Source of the DNA: a virus
Lineage: Duplodnaviria > Caudoviricetes
DNA: 42,860 bases
Strand: one strand, 5' to 3'
Virus record (IMG/VR): IMGVR_UViG_3300047275_000196
Span: 1-42,860 of that record
Shown here: positions 24,273 through 34,068 of the stretch, piece by piece
Numbering within the stretch: position 1 is the stretch's first letter
Layout: each line of letters starts with the position of its first letter
Position numbers and translations under genes: made by a program
Notes under the pieces: model-generated
What the model was told of the DNA's origin: nothing
Seen by the model: only the letters and a program-made list of their open reading frames with translations
The model's database searches: none

Positions 24273-24643
24273 TGGCCTACAGCACTACTATCCCGCTGGT
24301 CGAGGGCGACACGCTCCCGATCCTGTACATGAACTTGAAGGACAGCAACGAGGCCGCCGTAGGCCAGACGCTGGACTCGACAAACCCGGCTACGTGGGCA
24401 CCTATCGATCTGACTGGATGCACCGTTCGCCTCAAGGTTCGTGCCGTAGGCTCCACGGAACTCAAGGCAACCATTGTTGGCTCTGTAACGGATGCCGTTA
24501 ATGGGCGAGTCGCCTTCCAGTGGACGACTTCTGCGCTGGACACTGCTGGCACATACGAGGCGGAGGTTGAAGTGACCGACGCCACGAACAACGTGCAGAC
24601 CGTGTTTGACCTGATCAAGCTGAAGGTTCGAGCCGACTTCTAA
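24272..24643 (+). CDS. BppU N-terminal-like Ig-fold virion protein
   Basis: GDTLP...IDLTG.TV...G.V.F.W....DTAGTYEAEVEV. Confidence 0.65.
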   Translation: MAYSTTIPLVEGDTLPILYMNLKDSNEAAVGQTLDSTNPATWAPIDLTGCTVRLKVRAVGSTELKATIVGSVTDAVNGRVAFQWTTSALDTAGTYEAEVEVTDATNNVQTVFDLIKLKVRADF

Positions 24644-25614
24644 TGATTCGCGCAATCTTCGAGGTTGCGGCTCCAAAACCAAGTGTTCAGGTCACAGAGC
24701 TTGGCGCAGAGACGCGCTACAGATATGCCGAGGCGCAGACCGAGTGGGTTTCCCTTGGTGCGCCTGTTGAATATGTAGAGGCCACTGCAGAGGTACGCTT
24801 CCGTAATCTTGTAGGGGACTTACGGTATATCAACCTGCAAGCTACTAACGTCTACGCAGATCCGACCCCGCCTGATCGTTGGGTCAATGACTTCCAGCTT
24901 CTTGCTGATCAGCTTGATATTGTATTCGTTAAGGTTCTGTCTGATGCCGCAGCAGCTTTAGATGCTATTGCGACGAAGAACCTTGGGAAAAGAAACGCTG
25001 ACACATTCGACGTGTCTGATTCAAGCTCGCTTGGATTCGGCAAGGGAGAGGCTGATTCATCCTTTGCTACGGACAGTCAACCTACTATTGGATTTGGCAA
25101 GAACCCGTCTGATATCCAGCCAACAGCTGATGTCAGTAGGTACGATTTTTCATCAAGCAAAGAAGACTATTTTTCTGCCCTTGATGCGTATTCATCTCAC
25201 CTGTACAAGCCAGCCGATGACTCTGCATCTTTAAGCGATGCACAGCACATCAACTTTGGCGGCACTTATAGCGACAATGTTTCTAATAGCGATGACCAAG
25301 TGTTTAGCTTTGAGAAAGCACTCGCTGACATCGCTACAACAGATGACATCTTTAGCGCAGAAGACGAGCTACAGCAGGCAATAGGGAAAACCCTATCCGA
25401 TGACTTCTCAGTTACTGATGAGTCATCAATCGTTGTAGACTTTAATAGAGAATTCGACGAAACGCTGTACATCATTGACGAGTCAGATATCTCGTTCCTG
25501 AAAGGTAACAGCGACTCGGCAGATACATCAGACTCCGGCTTGTTGTTTATGACCGACTATGCGGACATAACCTACTTCGCCGAAGACTATGTCGGCGTTT
25601 CACGCACGTTCTAA
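24643..25614 (+). CDS. Acidic repeat-containing virion protein
   Basis: D/S-rich with ~18-19 aa periodicity; ends YFAEDYVG. Confidence 0.7.
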   Translation: MIRAIFEVAAPKPSVQVTELGAETRYRYAEAQTEWVSLGAPVEYVEATAEVRFRNLVGDLRYINLQATNVYADPTPPDRWVNDFQLLADQLDIVFVKVLSDAAAALDAIATKNLGKRNADTFDVSDSSSLGFGKGEADSSFATDSQPTIGFGKNPSDIQPTADVSRYDFSSSKEDYFSALDAYSSHLYKPADDSASLSDAQHINFGGTYSDNVSNSDDQVFSFEKALADIATTDDIFSAEDELQQAIGKTLSDDFSVTDESSIVVDFNREFDETLYIIDESDISFLKGNSDSADTSDSGLLFMTDYADITYFAEDYVGVSRTF

Positions 25615-25629
25615 CCAAGGGGTTCTTAA

Positions 25630-26073
25630 ATGAAACTTGTAGAAGATATCAAGGCCACTGGTCGCCTCCAGATTCAAGTGTTCGATGAGAACGGGAATCT
25701 GAAGGACGAGCGAGAGTTTAATAACCTCGTCGTCACGACCGGAAAGTCTTTCATCGCGTCTCGCATGGTAGGCACAGCCTCTGCTGTCATGAGCCACATG
25801 GCTATCGGCGCTGGCTCGACCTCGCCTGTCGCTGGCGATTCAACGCTCGGCAATGAGCTTGGCCGGGTTACGCTTGCGAGCGGAACTTCGTCTGGCGCTG
25901 TTGCGACGTACGTTGCTTCGTTTGGCGCTGGCACTGGCACTGGTGCTGTGACAGAAGCTGGCATCTTCAATGCTGGCGCTGCTGGCACGATGCTTTGCCG
26001 AACTGTGTTTGCAGTCGTCAACAAAGGCGCTGCCGACAGCATGACCGTTACTTGGACTGTGACCATCTCCTAA
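25630..26073 (+). CDS. Tail-associated structural protein
   Basis: NLVVTTGK...MAIGAG...EAGIFNA...MLCRTVF.V.NK signature. Confidence 0.75.
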   Translation: MKLVEDIKATGRLQIQVFDENGNLKDEREFNNLVVTTGKSFIASRMVGTASAVMSHMAIGAGSTSPVAGDSTLGNELGRVTLASGTSSGAVATYVASFGAGTGTGAVTEAGIFNAGAAGTMLCRTVFAVVNKGAADSMTVTWTVTIS

Positions 26074-26085
26074 TAGGGGTAAGGC

Positions 26086-29000
26086 ATGTCGAATCTTACG
26101 ACCCGCGCAGGGAAGGGTAGTCCGCTTACTAATAATGAGCTGGACGCCAACTTCACGAACCTCAACGCAGACAAGGTTGAGGTTGGTGGAGACCTTTCCG
26201 GTACAGCTACCGCTCCAAACGTAGCAAAGATCCAAGGCCGTGCCGTGTCTGCGGACGCGCCGGAGGCTGGTGAAAAGCTCGTCTGGAACGGTAGCGCGTG
26301 GGAGCCGTCAACAGATCCGACTGGCGAGCCTATTGGACATGCCGACAAAAGTGAGTCAACAGTCAGCTTCAACTCGGGAACTCGTACATTCACGATTGCC
26401 CCAGTTGCGGCTTCGTTCACGGTCTGGTGTAAGGGCGTAAAGCACACCTATACATCTGCTCAAACTGTCGTCATCCCAGATACGACTGGTCTGCACTTCA
26501 TCTACTTCGATGCGTCCGGGGTTCTCTCGACGCAGATGACCTACTTTACGTGGGATGAACATGCACCTACCGCGTACATCTACTGGAACGCAACGACTCA
26601 GCAAGCGGTTTATTTCGGCGATGAACGCCATGGCATCACGCTTGACTGGCAGACTCACGAGTATCTTCACCGTACTCGTGGTGCTGCTATTGCTAGCGGT
26701 TTTGGCGCTAGTAATTATACGACGACTGGCGCTGGCGCGACCGATGCAGACGCGCAAATCGACATCGGTGGCGGCACGTTCTTCGACGAGGATCTTCAGG
26801 TCGATATCGTATCGACTAACACGCCTGTCGCAGGTACGTGGCAGCAGGACTTGTCTGGCCCTGCTCGGATTCCTGTTCTCTATCTTAGTGGCTCTGCTTG
26901 GGTCATAGACGAGCCGACGAACTTCCCGTTCAAGGTCGTATCAGGAGTTCCGCAGTACAACTTGTACAGCGGTGGAACTTGGTCTACCGCCCCTGTTAAC
27001 AACAACGAATACTTTGTCACTTGGATTCTTGCCACGCACAACCTGACATATCCGGTTGTCGCGGTCATTAGTCAGGCTCCGACTAACCAACTGTCTGCTG
27101 CCGAGGCCATGACTTTCGAGGGGCTGAATCTCAGCGGGTTCCCGTCTGTAGAGTTCCGTCCGCTTTATAAGGTCATCTACACGCACAAGCTTGGCTTTAC
27201 GAATAGCGTTAAGGCCAGCACCGTTGCCGTTTACGACCTTCGTAGCCTTCAGTCCGCTGGCGTTGCTGCTGCTCTTGTTCAAGACCATGGCAATCTCTCT
27301 GGACTGATCGACGACGATCATCCGCAGTACTTGCATGTATCGACGGTTCGCACACCGTCTGATGCAGTTAAGAACAGTTTCCTTCCGTCGCAGTCTGGCA
27401 ATAGCGGCAAGTACCTCACCACTGACGGCAGCAATCCGTCTTGGGGTGCAATCCCGTCAGGCTCTCTAACCTTTACTGGTGACGTAACAGGAACCGGAAA
27501 TACAGGCTCCTCGACCACGCTGACTCTCGCTAACAGCGGTGTCACTGCCGGAACTTTCACGAAAGTAACCGTTGACGAAAAGGGCCGCGTGACGAATGGC
27601 GCGTCGGCCAGCAGTTCAGATATCACGACGGCATTGGGCTTCACGCCTGAGAACGTCTCCAACAAGGCTGTTGCAGGCGGGTATGCTTCGCTCGACGGCT
27701 CTGGCAAAGTCCCGTCTAATCAGCTTCCGTCCTACGTGGATGACGTGCTGGAGTACGCTAACCTTGCCGCATTCCCCGGCACTGGCGAGACCGGCAAGAT
27801 CTATGTCGCCATTGACAGCGGGAAGACTTACCGCTGGTCAGGGTCTGCGTACGTAGAGATCTCTGCTTCACCGGGCAGCACTGACGCTGTTACGGAAGGC
27901 AGTACAAACCTGTACTTCACGAATGCCCGTGCGAGGGCGGCTGTTGATGCTGCTGGCTCCCTGAGCTACAACGTCTCGACTGGCATCTTCAGCTACACGC
28001 AGCCGACGAACGTCAGCGCATTTACCAACGACAGCGGCTACCTCACCGGCATCACCGGAACGCAGGTAACAACCGCGCTTGGGTACACGCCGTACAACAG
28101 TAGCAACCCGAGCGGGTACATCACCAGTTCCGCGCTGTCGAGTTATCTGCCGTTAAGCGGCGGAACGCTGACTGGTAGCCTGTTCGGAACTCTCGGATCT
28201 TTCAGCGGCGCTGTCGAGTGGGGGAATGGGTCAAGCGTAATGAATGCCGGGAACCCGCGTTCACTGCGGATCGGATACTCCGGCGGGAACTACGGCGCAG
28301 CAGGCTACGGGATTACTTTCACGACGAGCAGCGGCGTTCACAACTACGCCTTAAATGACATCGTTTCGTGGTGGGAGGCATACGACGGAATTAGAGTGTA
28401 CGCTGCTGCTGCAGGCGCTGTAGGAACACCAATTACGTGGACTACCGTTTTAGACGCGCGTCGCAACAACTCGTCGATGATCTTCAAAGGGCAGACTGTT
28501 CTCGACGCCGCCAACTACAGCTCCTACGCCCTACCGTTAAGCGGCGGAACGCTGACCGGGAATGTTGGAATTGGCTCTGGCTTCAACGGATTCAACAACA
28601 TATCCGGTACCGAGCAAACGCTCTACGTTGCTAACGGCAACGTCGCATCCTTGTATTTGCACGCGACCGGTGGCTCCGGCAGAAAATACATACTGCTTTC
28701 TAGTGCTTCGGGCAATCTCTCTATCTATGACGCGAACGCGGATGCGACTCGCTTTACATTAAGTACAGGCTCCGCCAACTTCTCGGTTGCTTTGCAGCAA
28801 AGCGGAAACCAAGTTCTCCATGCAGGTAACTACGGAAGCGGTTACTTCAAGACGATCAACGGCAGTTCGATCATCGGAACTGGCGATGTAACCGTATCCG
28901 GTACTGACAGCACGAAGCTTCCTCTTACTGGCGGGACAATCAGCGGAACGGTCACCATAAATGGTGGTTCATCACAGCCGCTAAACTTAATTACAAGTAG

Positions 29001-31833
29001 TGGTAGCCCGTGGGGATTCGGGCTTACTCGGTCGGACGCGGGTGTATCTAGCAAGATATTCCTACACAACGGCAGCGGCAGTTGGGCGTGGGTTTACGAA
29101 CACAACCCAGTGTTCTACAACGGCGGCGCATACAGCCCATTCCTGCACAGCGGAAACTACACATCCTACAGCCCCTCGCTCACCGGCAGCGGCGCGAGTG
29201 GTACGTGGGGCATTTCTGTTACAGGAAACTCGGCAAGCGTTGGTGGACTTGTCCCAGCCCAGTTCTTCAATAACATGGGGAACAACCACAGCACGTACAC
29301 TAATTTCAACAACATCCCCAACTTCGGCGCTTACTACGTTCAAGGGTCTACTAACGGGCCGGGAACAGGCTCGCAACAGTTTTACGGATTCACGCTCGGG
29401 CTTGGCAACGATTACGCCTACAGTAGCTACGCGCTACAGTTAGCCATCCCACGCTATAACTACGACGCAACAAGCGGCGGCCCAGACCGTTACCTTTCTA
29501 TTCGTTCTAGAGAAGCCGGAACATGGAACGCATGGCAGAAAATCTCTGCTGGATATGCCGACTCTGCCGGTTCAGTAAGTGGCGGTCTTACTACCAGCAA
29601 CTACAGCAGCTACGCCCTGCCGCTAAGCGGCGGAACAGTTACAGGTCAGGCAACCTTCAGCAAGACTGACGATCATGCGATTTCTGTCGGAACTATTCGC
29701 GGAAGAGCTGTTGGCGGTCAAGGCGGAGAATTCCTGCATATATACGAACGTGTCCATATTGGCTCTCCGAGCGGCTGGGGTTCTCGTAGCGCACCAAGCT
29801 ATGGCCTTTCGACATATGGCGGATGCAGCCTAGCTACCGATACTGGCTCTGTAACTATTGGCGGAAACACTGCTCTTCACGCCGGTAACTACACCAGCTA
29901 TTCGCCGTCTTACAGCTACTTCGACGACTACCAGCGTGGTAACTACCGCGTCATCGCTGACTACGGCGGCTTCAGTACGTGGTACATTCGTGGCGACGGC
30001 CGATGGGTTTTCGCCCGTGGGCACGACTGGACGGTCTCATTTGACTTAAATCTAGGCAGTGGTACAGCTGGCAGTAACAATGGCTGGGCGGTACTAGGTC
30101 AGGTAACGTCGAACGCCTCCAACGGAACGTGGAGAGGCGTTAGGTTTTCCCAGTATGTAAACGGCTCGCAGGTCGACGGCGATGTGCGCGCGCAACGCTA
30201 TTACCTTAATAACGATAGCGACTATATCCTTAATGCTGGAGATGGCTCTATGCGTCTCCAAAACGGCAACGGATACATCGATATTGGGCCAAAGAACTCG
30301 TCTTGGTGTCATATCTACTCAGACCGTACCTTCTATACAAACCAAGACATCTATTCCTACGGCAACTTGCAGATACATTCTGGTAACTACACCAGTTACG
30401 CCGTAGGAATCTCAAACAACTCCTCGCTAAACAGCGACAGCCGAAACACTCGCGGCGTAACTCGGCTTTATCGTCGGGATGACAACAGCGACTACAGCAT
30501 CCAAACGTATTGGACAGGCTCGCATTGGTATCTCGCTGGATATTCAGGCGATAATTTCCACGCCGACTGCCGCGTTCTTTACGCCGACACTGCTGGAAGC
30601 GCAGACCAGATTGATGGCGTTGCGTTTCGCAACACAAGCTCAAACGCCGGTGTAAATGCTGACACGCTTGCAAGCAATGGCATCACTTACTACACAAGCG
30701 GCGTCACCAACTTCTCTGGCAACTCAACTGATGGCGCACTGTACTCTCAGGTGTACAGCGGCGACTGGCAGCATCAGATAGCTGGCGACTACCGCTCTGG
30801 TCAGATAGCGCTTCGCGGCAAGAATGCCGGTAACTGGCAGTCGTGGCGCACGGTTCTGGATAGCGGTAACTACAGCAGCTACGCCGTTCCGCAGTCTGAC
30901 GTTTCTACCAGCGGCGGTGGTAGTAAGGTTCTAAAGACCGACGCAAACAGCTATCTTTATCTGTATAGCTGGATCAACACAGGAGGTGGCGGACTATTTA
31001 GCAGCACCAACGGCGCGCATTGGTATCCGAACAGCGGCTCCTACGGGTCATGGAGGGCAGACGGCACTCGCAACGGCTGGAATGGCATTGAGTTCGGCTC
31101 AATGAATAACGGCGTTATGAGCCTTATGATCAATCCATCGTCAAACGAGAGCGGGTTCTACAACCACAGCTATGGTTGGCAAATGCGCTGGTACAACGGC
31201 GTTGGGTATGTCGCGAAAAACGCCTACGGTGGCAACGAAGCAACTATCCTCGATAGCAGCAACTACACCAGCTACACAGCCGGTCTTTCGTCAGTTAATA
31301 CGTGGACTAATACAAACTATTTCCGTTCAAACAGAAACACCACATCAAGCGACCCACCGCTTCAGGCGTTCTCAAACGACAGTGGCGGCGCAATTATGGC
31401 TTTCCATCGTGGCGGCTATTACGCCGTTAACATGGGGCTTGATAGTGACAACGTGTTCCGTATCGGCGGGTGGTCTGCGTCAGCTAACCGCCTACAGATG
31501 GATATGTCCGGCAACCTAACGATGGCTGGCAACGTCACTGCGTACTCTGATGAGCGGTTGAAGAAAGACTGGTCTCCGATAGCTGCCGGGTTTGTTGACC
31601 GCCTTGCCGGGATACTTGCTGGTACTTACACCAGAATCGACAGCGAAGAGCGTCAGGCTGGTGTGTCCGCACAAAAGATGCGCGAGATTCTTCCAGAAGT
31701 TGTCTCCGAAGATAACGAAGGAACGCTTGCGCTTGCGTACGGAAATGCTGCAATGGTTTCCGCCGTCGAGCTTGCTAAAGAGTTGGTCACGCTCAAAAAA
31801 GAGCTGGCCGAGTTAAAATCACGACTCCACTAG
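26086..31833 (+). CDS. Long tail fibre with C-terminal peptidase S74-type intramolecular chaperone
   Basis: 1915 aa, G/S/T/N-rich; GTFTKVTVDEKGRVT and LPLSGGTLTG repeats; YSDERLKKD autocleavage motif followed by GVSAQ...LPEVV and a coiled coil. Confidence 0.9.
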   Translation: MSNLTTRAGKGSPLTNNELDANFTNLNADKVEVGGDLSGTATAPNVAKIQGRAVSADAPEAGEKLVWNGSAWEPSTDPTGEPIGHADKSESTVSFNSGTRTFTIAPVAASFTVWCKGVKHTYTSAQTVVIPDTTGLHFIYFDASGVLSTQMTYFTWDEHAPTAYIYWNATTQQAVYFGDERHGITLDWQTHEYLHRTRGAAIASGFGASNYTTTGAGATDADAQIDIGGGTFFDEDLQVDIVSTNTPVAGTWQQDLSGPARIPVLYLSGSAWVIDEPTNFPFKVVSGVPQYNLYSGGTWSTAPVNNNEYFVTWILATHNLTYPVVAVISQAPTNQLSAAEAMTFEGLNLSGFPSVEFRPLYKVIYTHKLGFTNSVKASTVAVYDLRSLQSAGVAAALVQDHGNLSGLIDDDHPQYLHVSTVRTPSDAVKNSFLPSQSGNSGKYLTTDGSNPSWGAIPSGSLTFTGDVTGTGNTGSSTTLTLANSGVTAGTFTKVTVDEKGRVTNGASASSSDITTALGFTPENVSNKAVAGGYASLDGSGKVPSNQLPSYVDDVLEYANLAAFPGTGETGKIYVAIDSGKTYRWSGSAYVEISASPGSTDAVTEGSTNLYFTNARARAAVDAAGSLSYNVSTGIFSYTQPTNVSAFTNDSGYLTGITGTQVTTALGYTPYNSSNPSGYITSSALSSYLPLSGGTLTGSLFGTLGSFSGAVEWGNGSSVMNAGNPRSLRIGYSGGNYGAAGYGITFTTSSGVHNYALNDIVSWWEAYDGIRVYAAAAGAVGTPITWTTVLDARRNNSSMIFKGQTVLDAANYSSYALPLSGGTLTGNVGIGSGFNGFNNISGTEQTLYVANGNVASLYLHATGGSGRKYILLSSASGNLSIYDANADATRFTLSTGSANFSVALQQSGNQVLHAGNYGSGYFKTINGSSIIGTGDVTVSGTDSTKLPLTGGTISGTVTINGGSSQPLNLITSSGSPWGFGLTRSDAGVSSKIFLHNGSGSWAWVYEHNPVFYNGGAYSPFLHSGNYTSYSPSLTGSGASGTWGISVTGNSASVGGLVPAQFFNNMGNNHSTYTNFNNIPNFGAYYVQGSTNGPGTGSQQFYGFTLGLGNDYAYSSYALQLAIPRYNYDATSGGPDRYLSIRSREAGTWNAWQKISAGYADSAGSVSGGLTTSNYSSYALPLSGGTVTGQATFSKTDDHAISVGTIRGRAVGGQGGEFLHIYERVHIGSPSGWGSRSAPSYGLSTYGGCSLATDTGSVTIGGNTALHAGNYTSYSPSYSYFDDYQRGNYRVIADYGGFSTWYIRGDGRWVFARGHDWTVSFDLNLGSGTAGSNNGWAVLGQVTSNASNGTWRGVRFSQYVNGSQVDGDVRAQRYYLNNDSDYILNAGDGSMRLQNGNGYIDIGPKNSSWCHIYSDRTFYTNQDIYSYGNLQIHSGNYTSYAVGISNNSSLNSDSRNTRGVTRLYRRDDNSDYSIQTYWTGSHWYLAGYSGDNFHADCRVLYADTAGSADQIDGVAFRNTSSNAGVNADTLASNGITYYTSGVTNFSGNSTDGALYSQVYSGDWQHQIAGDYRSGQIALRGKNAGNWQSWRTVLDSGNYSSYAVPQSDVSTSGGGSKVLKTDANSYLYLYSWINTGGGGLFSSTNGAHWYPNSGSYGSWRADGTRNGWNGIEFGSMNNGVMSLMINPSSNESGFYNHSYGWQMRWYNGVGYVAKNAYGGNEATILDSSNYTSYTAGLSSVNTWTNTNYFRSNRNTTSSDPPLQAFSNDSGGAIMAFHRGGYYAVNMGLDSDNVFRIGGWSASANRLQMDMSGNLTMAGNVTAYSDERLKKDWSPIAAGFVDRLAGILAGTYTRIDSEERQAGVSAQKMREILPEVVSEDNEGTLALAYGNAAMVSAVELAKELVTLKKELAELKSRLH

Positions 31834-31836
31834 GAG

Positions 31837-32205
31837 ATGACTATGCCCATTGTTTACTCGTATAAGATCAACGCCGCCCGAGTGGTGGCTCAGGATGGTT
31901 TGGCCGATGTGGTCAAGGAAGTCGAAGTCACCGTGACCGGCACTGACGGCGCGGCGAAGTTCGACCTGCCCGTCGTCGTCAAGCTTGCGGATGCTGACCC
32001 GACCAGCTTCACCGAGTTCGCCTCGCTGACCGAGGAGCAACTGGTGTCGTGGGTTGAGAACGATTCGTCGCTGGATGGCACTAAGGCGCACATCGCGTTC
32101 GTGGTTGCCAAAGAAGTGGAAAAGCTTGCGATGGAAAAGAAGCCGCTGCCGTGGGCACCTGCCCCAGAAGTTCCGGCTCCTGCTGCTCCGCCGACTGCTG
32201 AGTAA
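31837..32205 (+). CDS. Tail fibre-associated protein
   Basis: AGGAG SD; F..FASLTEEQLVSWV...PLPW pattern. Confidence 0.7.
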   Translation: MTMPIVYSYKINAARVVAQDGLADVVKEVEVTVTGTDGAAKFDLPVVVKLADADPTSFTEFASLTEEQLVSWVENDSSLDGTKAHIAFVVAKEVEKLAMEKKPLPWAPAPEVPAPAAPPTAE

Positions 32206-32208
32206 TAG

Positions 32209-33435
32209 ATGACGACGCCTACCGGCACGATTGCGATGTCCGATGTCAACGTGGAGCTTGGCAGGTCAAGCTCTGCGCTGATATCACTTAATGATGCGGA
32301 CGTTCGTGCGCTTGCTGGTATTGGCTCTGGCGCGATATCGCTTAACGATCTTCGTGGAAAATCGATATCGTCTAATTACATCTTTTCAGGCGGAATTAGC
32401 TCACCGCATGTTGAAGCTTATAACTGGTCTAGTTCTGGATGGGGAAGCAAGTTTACAAATCCGACTGGTACGGCCAGTGGGTACTCATCTGCAACTTCAT
32501 CTACCTACGGTCTCGTTAGAAAGGGCGAGTATGTATTCGCTGCGCTACTGAGTTCGCCAAGAATTTGGGCTAGAGTTTTTAACTCTAGCGGATGGGGTAC
32601 TTTATCTGCGGCCCCACAGAGTACGCTCGATACAAGCTCAAATGCGATTGCAACTAACCCTGCTGGCACGGTTGTTGGAACTGCGAACAGCACTACTTCG
32701 CCCTACCTTCAAATATACCCTTGGACTCCCGGAAGCGGGTGGAACGGTGGCGGTTTTGGCACTTGGTACTCTTTCCCAAGCACGCCGCCAACAGGTACGG
32801 GAGAGTCTATTGCGTGGTCTAGGTCTGGAGATTTTGTAGCTATAGGTCACGCAAACTCCCCAAGAGTTAGTGTTTATCCGTTTAGTGTTTCAAGTGGCTT
32901 TGGCACAAAGGTTTCAAACCCAGCTACGCTACCGTCCACCACGGCTCGCGGCGTGGTCTTTACTAACGGAGCAATCATTGCTGCATCCAGAAGCTCATCT
33001 AGCGCTGCAACAGCCGCATTCCCAGAGGCTTGGGCGTGGAGCGACTCAACTGGCTTTGGTACTAGGTACAGCAACCCATCAAACGGGTATAAGCAGACCT
33101 TCCCGTCGTCTCTTGCCGTGTCTCAAAATGGATCTTTGGTGACCGCAACGACCTTTTATAATGACACCACCAGTTACGCACTGCCGAGCGTTCACATGTG
33201 GACTTGGAGCGACGCTTCTGGGTGGGGAACTTATTACACCAACCCAACTGGCTCTCCTTCTAGCGGTACCCAAAATGGCACCGGCATAAACGCGACTTCT
33301 GACGCGGCGGCTTATGCTGGTGCACAGTCTCCCACCGTCAGGGTTTGGAGTGTATCCAGTAGTGGATTTGGCTCTAAGTTTGCTGACCCGTCGCCTTTGA
33401 CAACTGGGACTAAGTACGCTGTTGTATTTGGATAA
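32209..33435 (+). CDS. Putative fibre-tip adhesin with a seven-repeat beta-propeller
   Basis: N-terminal GTIAMSDVNVELG...ISLND.RGK module; seven repeats ending in an SxG(F/W)G(T/S)xxxxP motif. Confidence 0.7.
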   Translation: MTTPTGTIAMSDVNVELGRSSSALISLNDADVRALAGIGSGAISLNDLRGKSISSNYIFSGGISSPHVEAYNWSSSGWGSKFTNPTGTASGYSSATSSTYGLVRKGEYVFAALLSSPRIWARVFNSSGWGTLSAAPQSTLDTSSNAIATNPAGTVVGTANSTTSPYLQIYPWTPGSGWNGGGFGTWYSFPSTPPTGTGESIAWSRSGDFVAIGHANSPRVSVYPFSVSSGFGTKVSNPATLPSTTARGVVFTNGAIIAASRSSSSAATAAFPEAWAWSDSTGFGTRYSNPSNGYKQTFPSSLAVSQNGSLVTATTFYNDTTSYALPSVHMWTWSDASGWGTYYTNPTGSPSSGTQNGTGINATSDAAAYAGAQSPTVRVWSVSSSGFGSKFADPSPLTTGTKYAVVFG

Positions 33436-33444
33436 GGAGGATCT

Positions 33445-33819
33445 ATGTTTTATTCAGTTTCAGATACAGACAAGTATCGCGTTCTTGCTGAAAACGCAGT
33501 TATGAGAGAACGCGAGGTAATGGGATATGACATCAACATTACCAATTACACGGCAATGCTTTTGGCACTGCCGGACGATGAGTGGCCGGGTAACTTGGCT
33601 CAATACAAGACGGCGACCCTTGATCAGGTGCCGGACGAGTTCGACGACATCGTCTCCCAGTACCAGTACCGCGACCGGCTGCGTTATCTTCTCAAGACCG
33701 AGAAGGCGGAGCGGGCAAAATCGTTCCGCGTTTACGAGGCGCTATTGGCTCAGCTGCCAGCCGACCAGCGCGACACCTTGATGGCAGAAGCAATTGCCCG
33801 TGCCAACGGGCAGGTTTGA
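33445..33819 (+). CDS. Hypothetical protein
   Basis: AGGAGG SD; 124 aa. Confidence 0.7.
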   Translation: MFYSVSDTDKYRVLAENAVMREREVMGYDINITNYTAMLLALPDDEWPGNLAQYKTATLDQVPDEFDDIVSQYQYRDRLRYLLKTEKAERAKSFRVYEALLAQLPADQRDTLMAEAIARANGQV

Positions 33820-33837
33820 TTTAACAGGAGGTAATTT

Positions 33838-34002
33838 GTGAATACGTTGAAGTTTGAAGTGTCGATGGAGGAAGCCAATCTGTTGATTGCGGCCCTTGCC
33901 AAGCAGCCTTTCGAGACTGTGGCTGGCCTGATCCAGAAGCTTCAAGGTCAGGCTCAGGGTCAGATGCAGCCGCCTGTCGCCGAAGAGGCTCCAAAAGCCT
34001 AA
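33838..34002 (+). CDS. Small hypothetical protein (54 aa)
   Basis: AGGAGGT SD, GTG start; EEANLLIAALAKQPFETVAGLIQKLQGQA; not in the ORF track. Confidence 0.7.
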   Translation: MNTLKFEVSMEEANLLIAALAKQPFETVAGLIQKLQGQAQGQMQPPVAEEAPKA

Positions 34003-34068
34003 ATGGTCTGGGGGCAGAAATGCCCCCGTCCCTTTGGGAGGCTCACTTAACCTACTCAGGAATAAAAC

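Noticed and set aside
26086-33435. Diversity-generating retroelement acting on the tail fibre
   Set aside because: No reverse transcriptase and no template/variable repeat pair with adenine-specific mismatches seen in the window.
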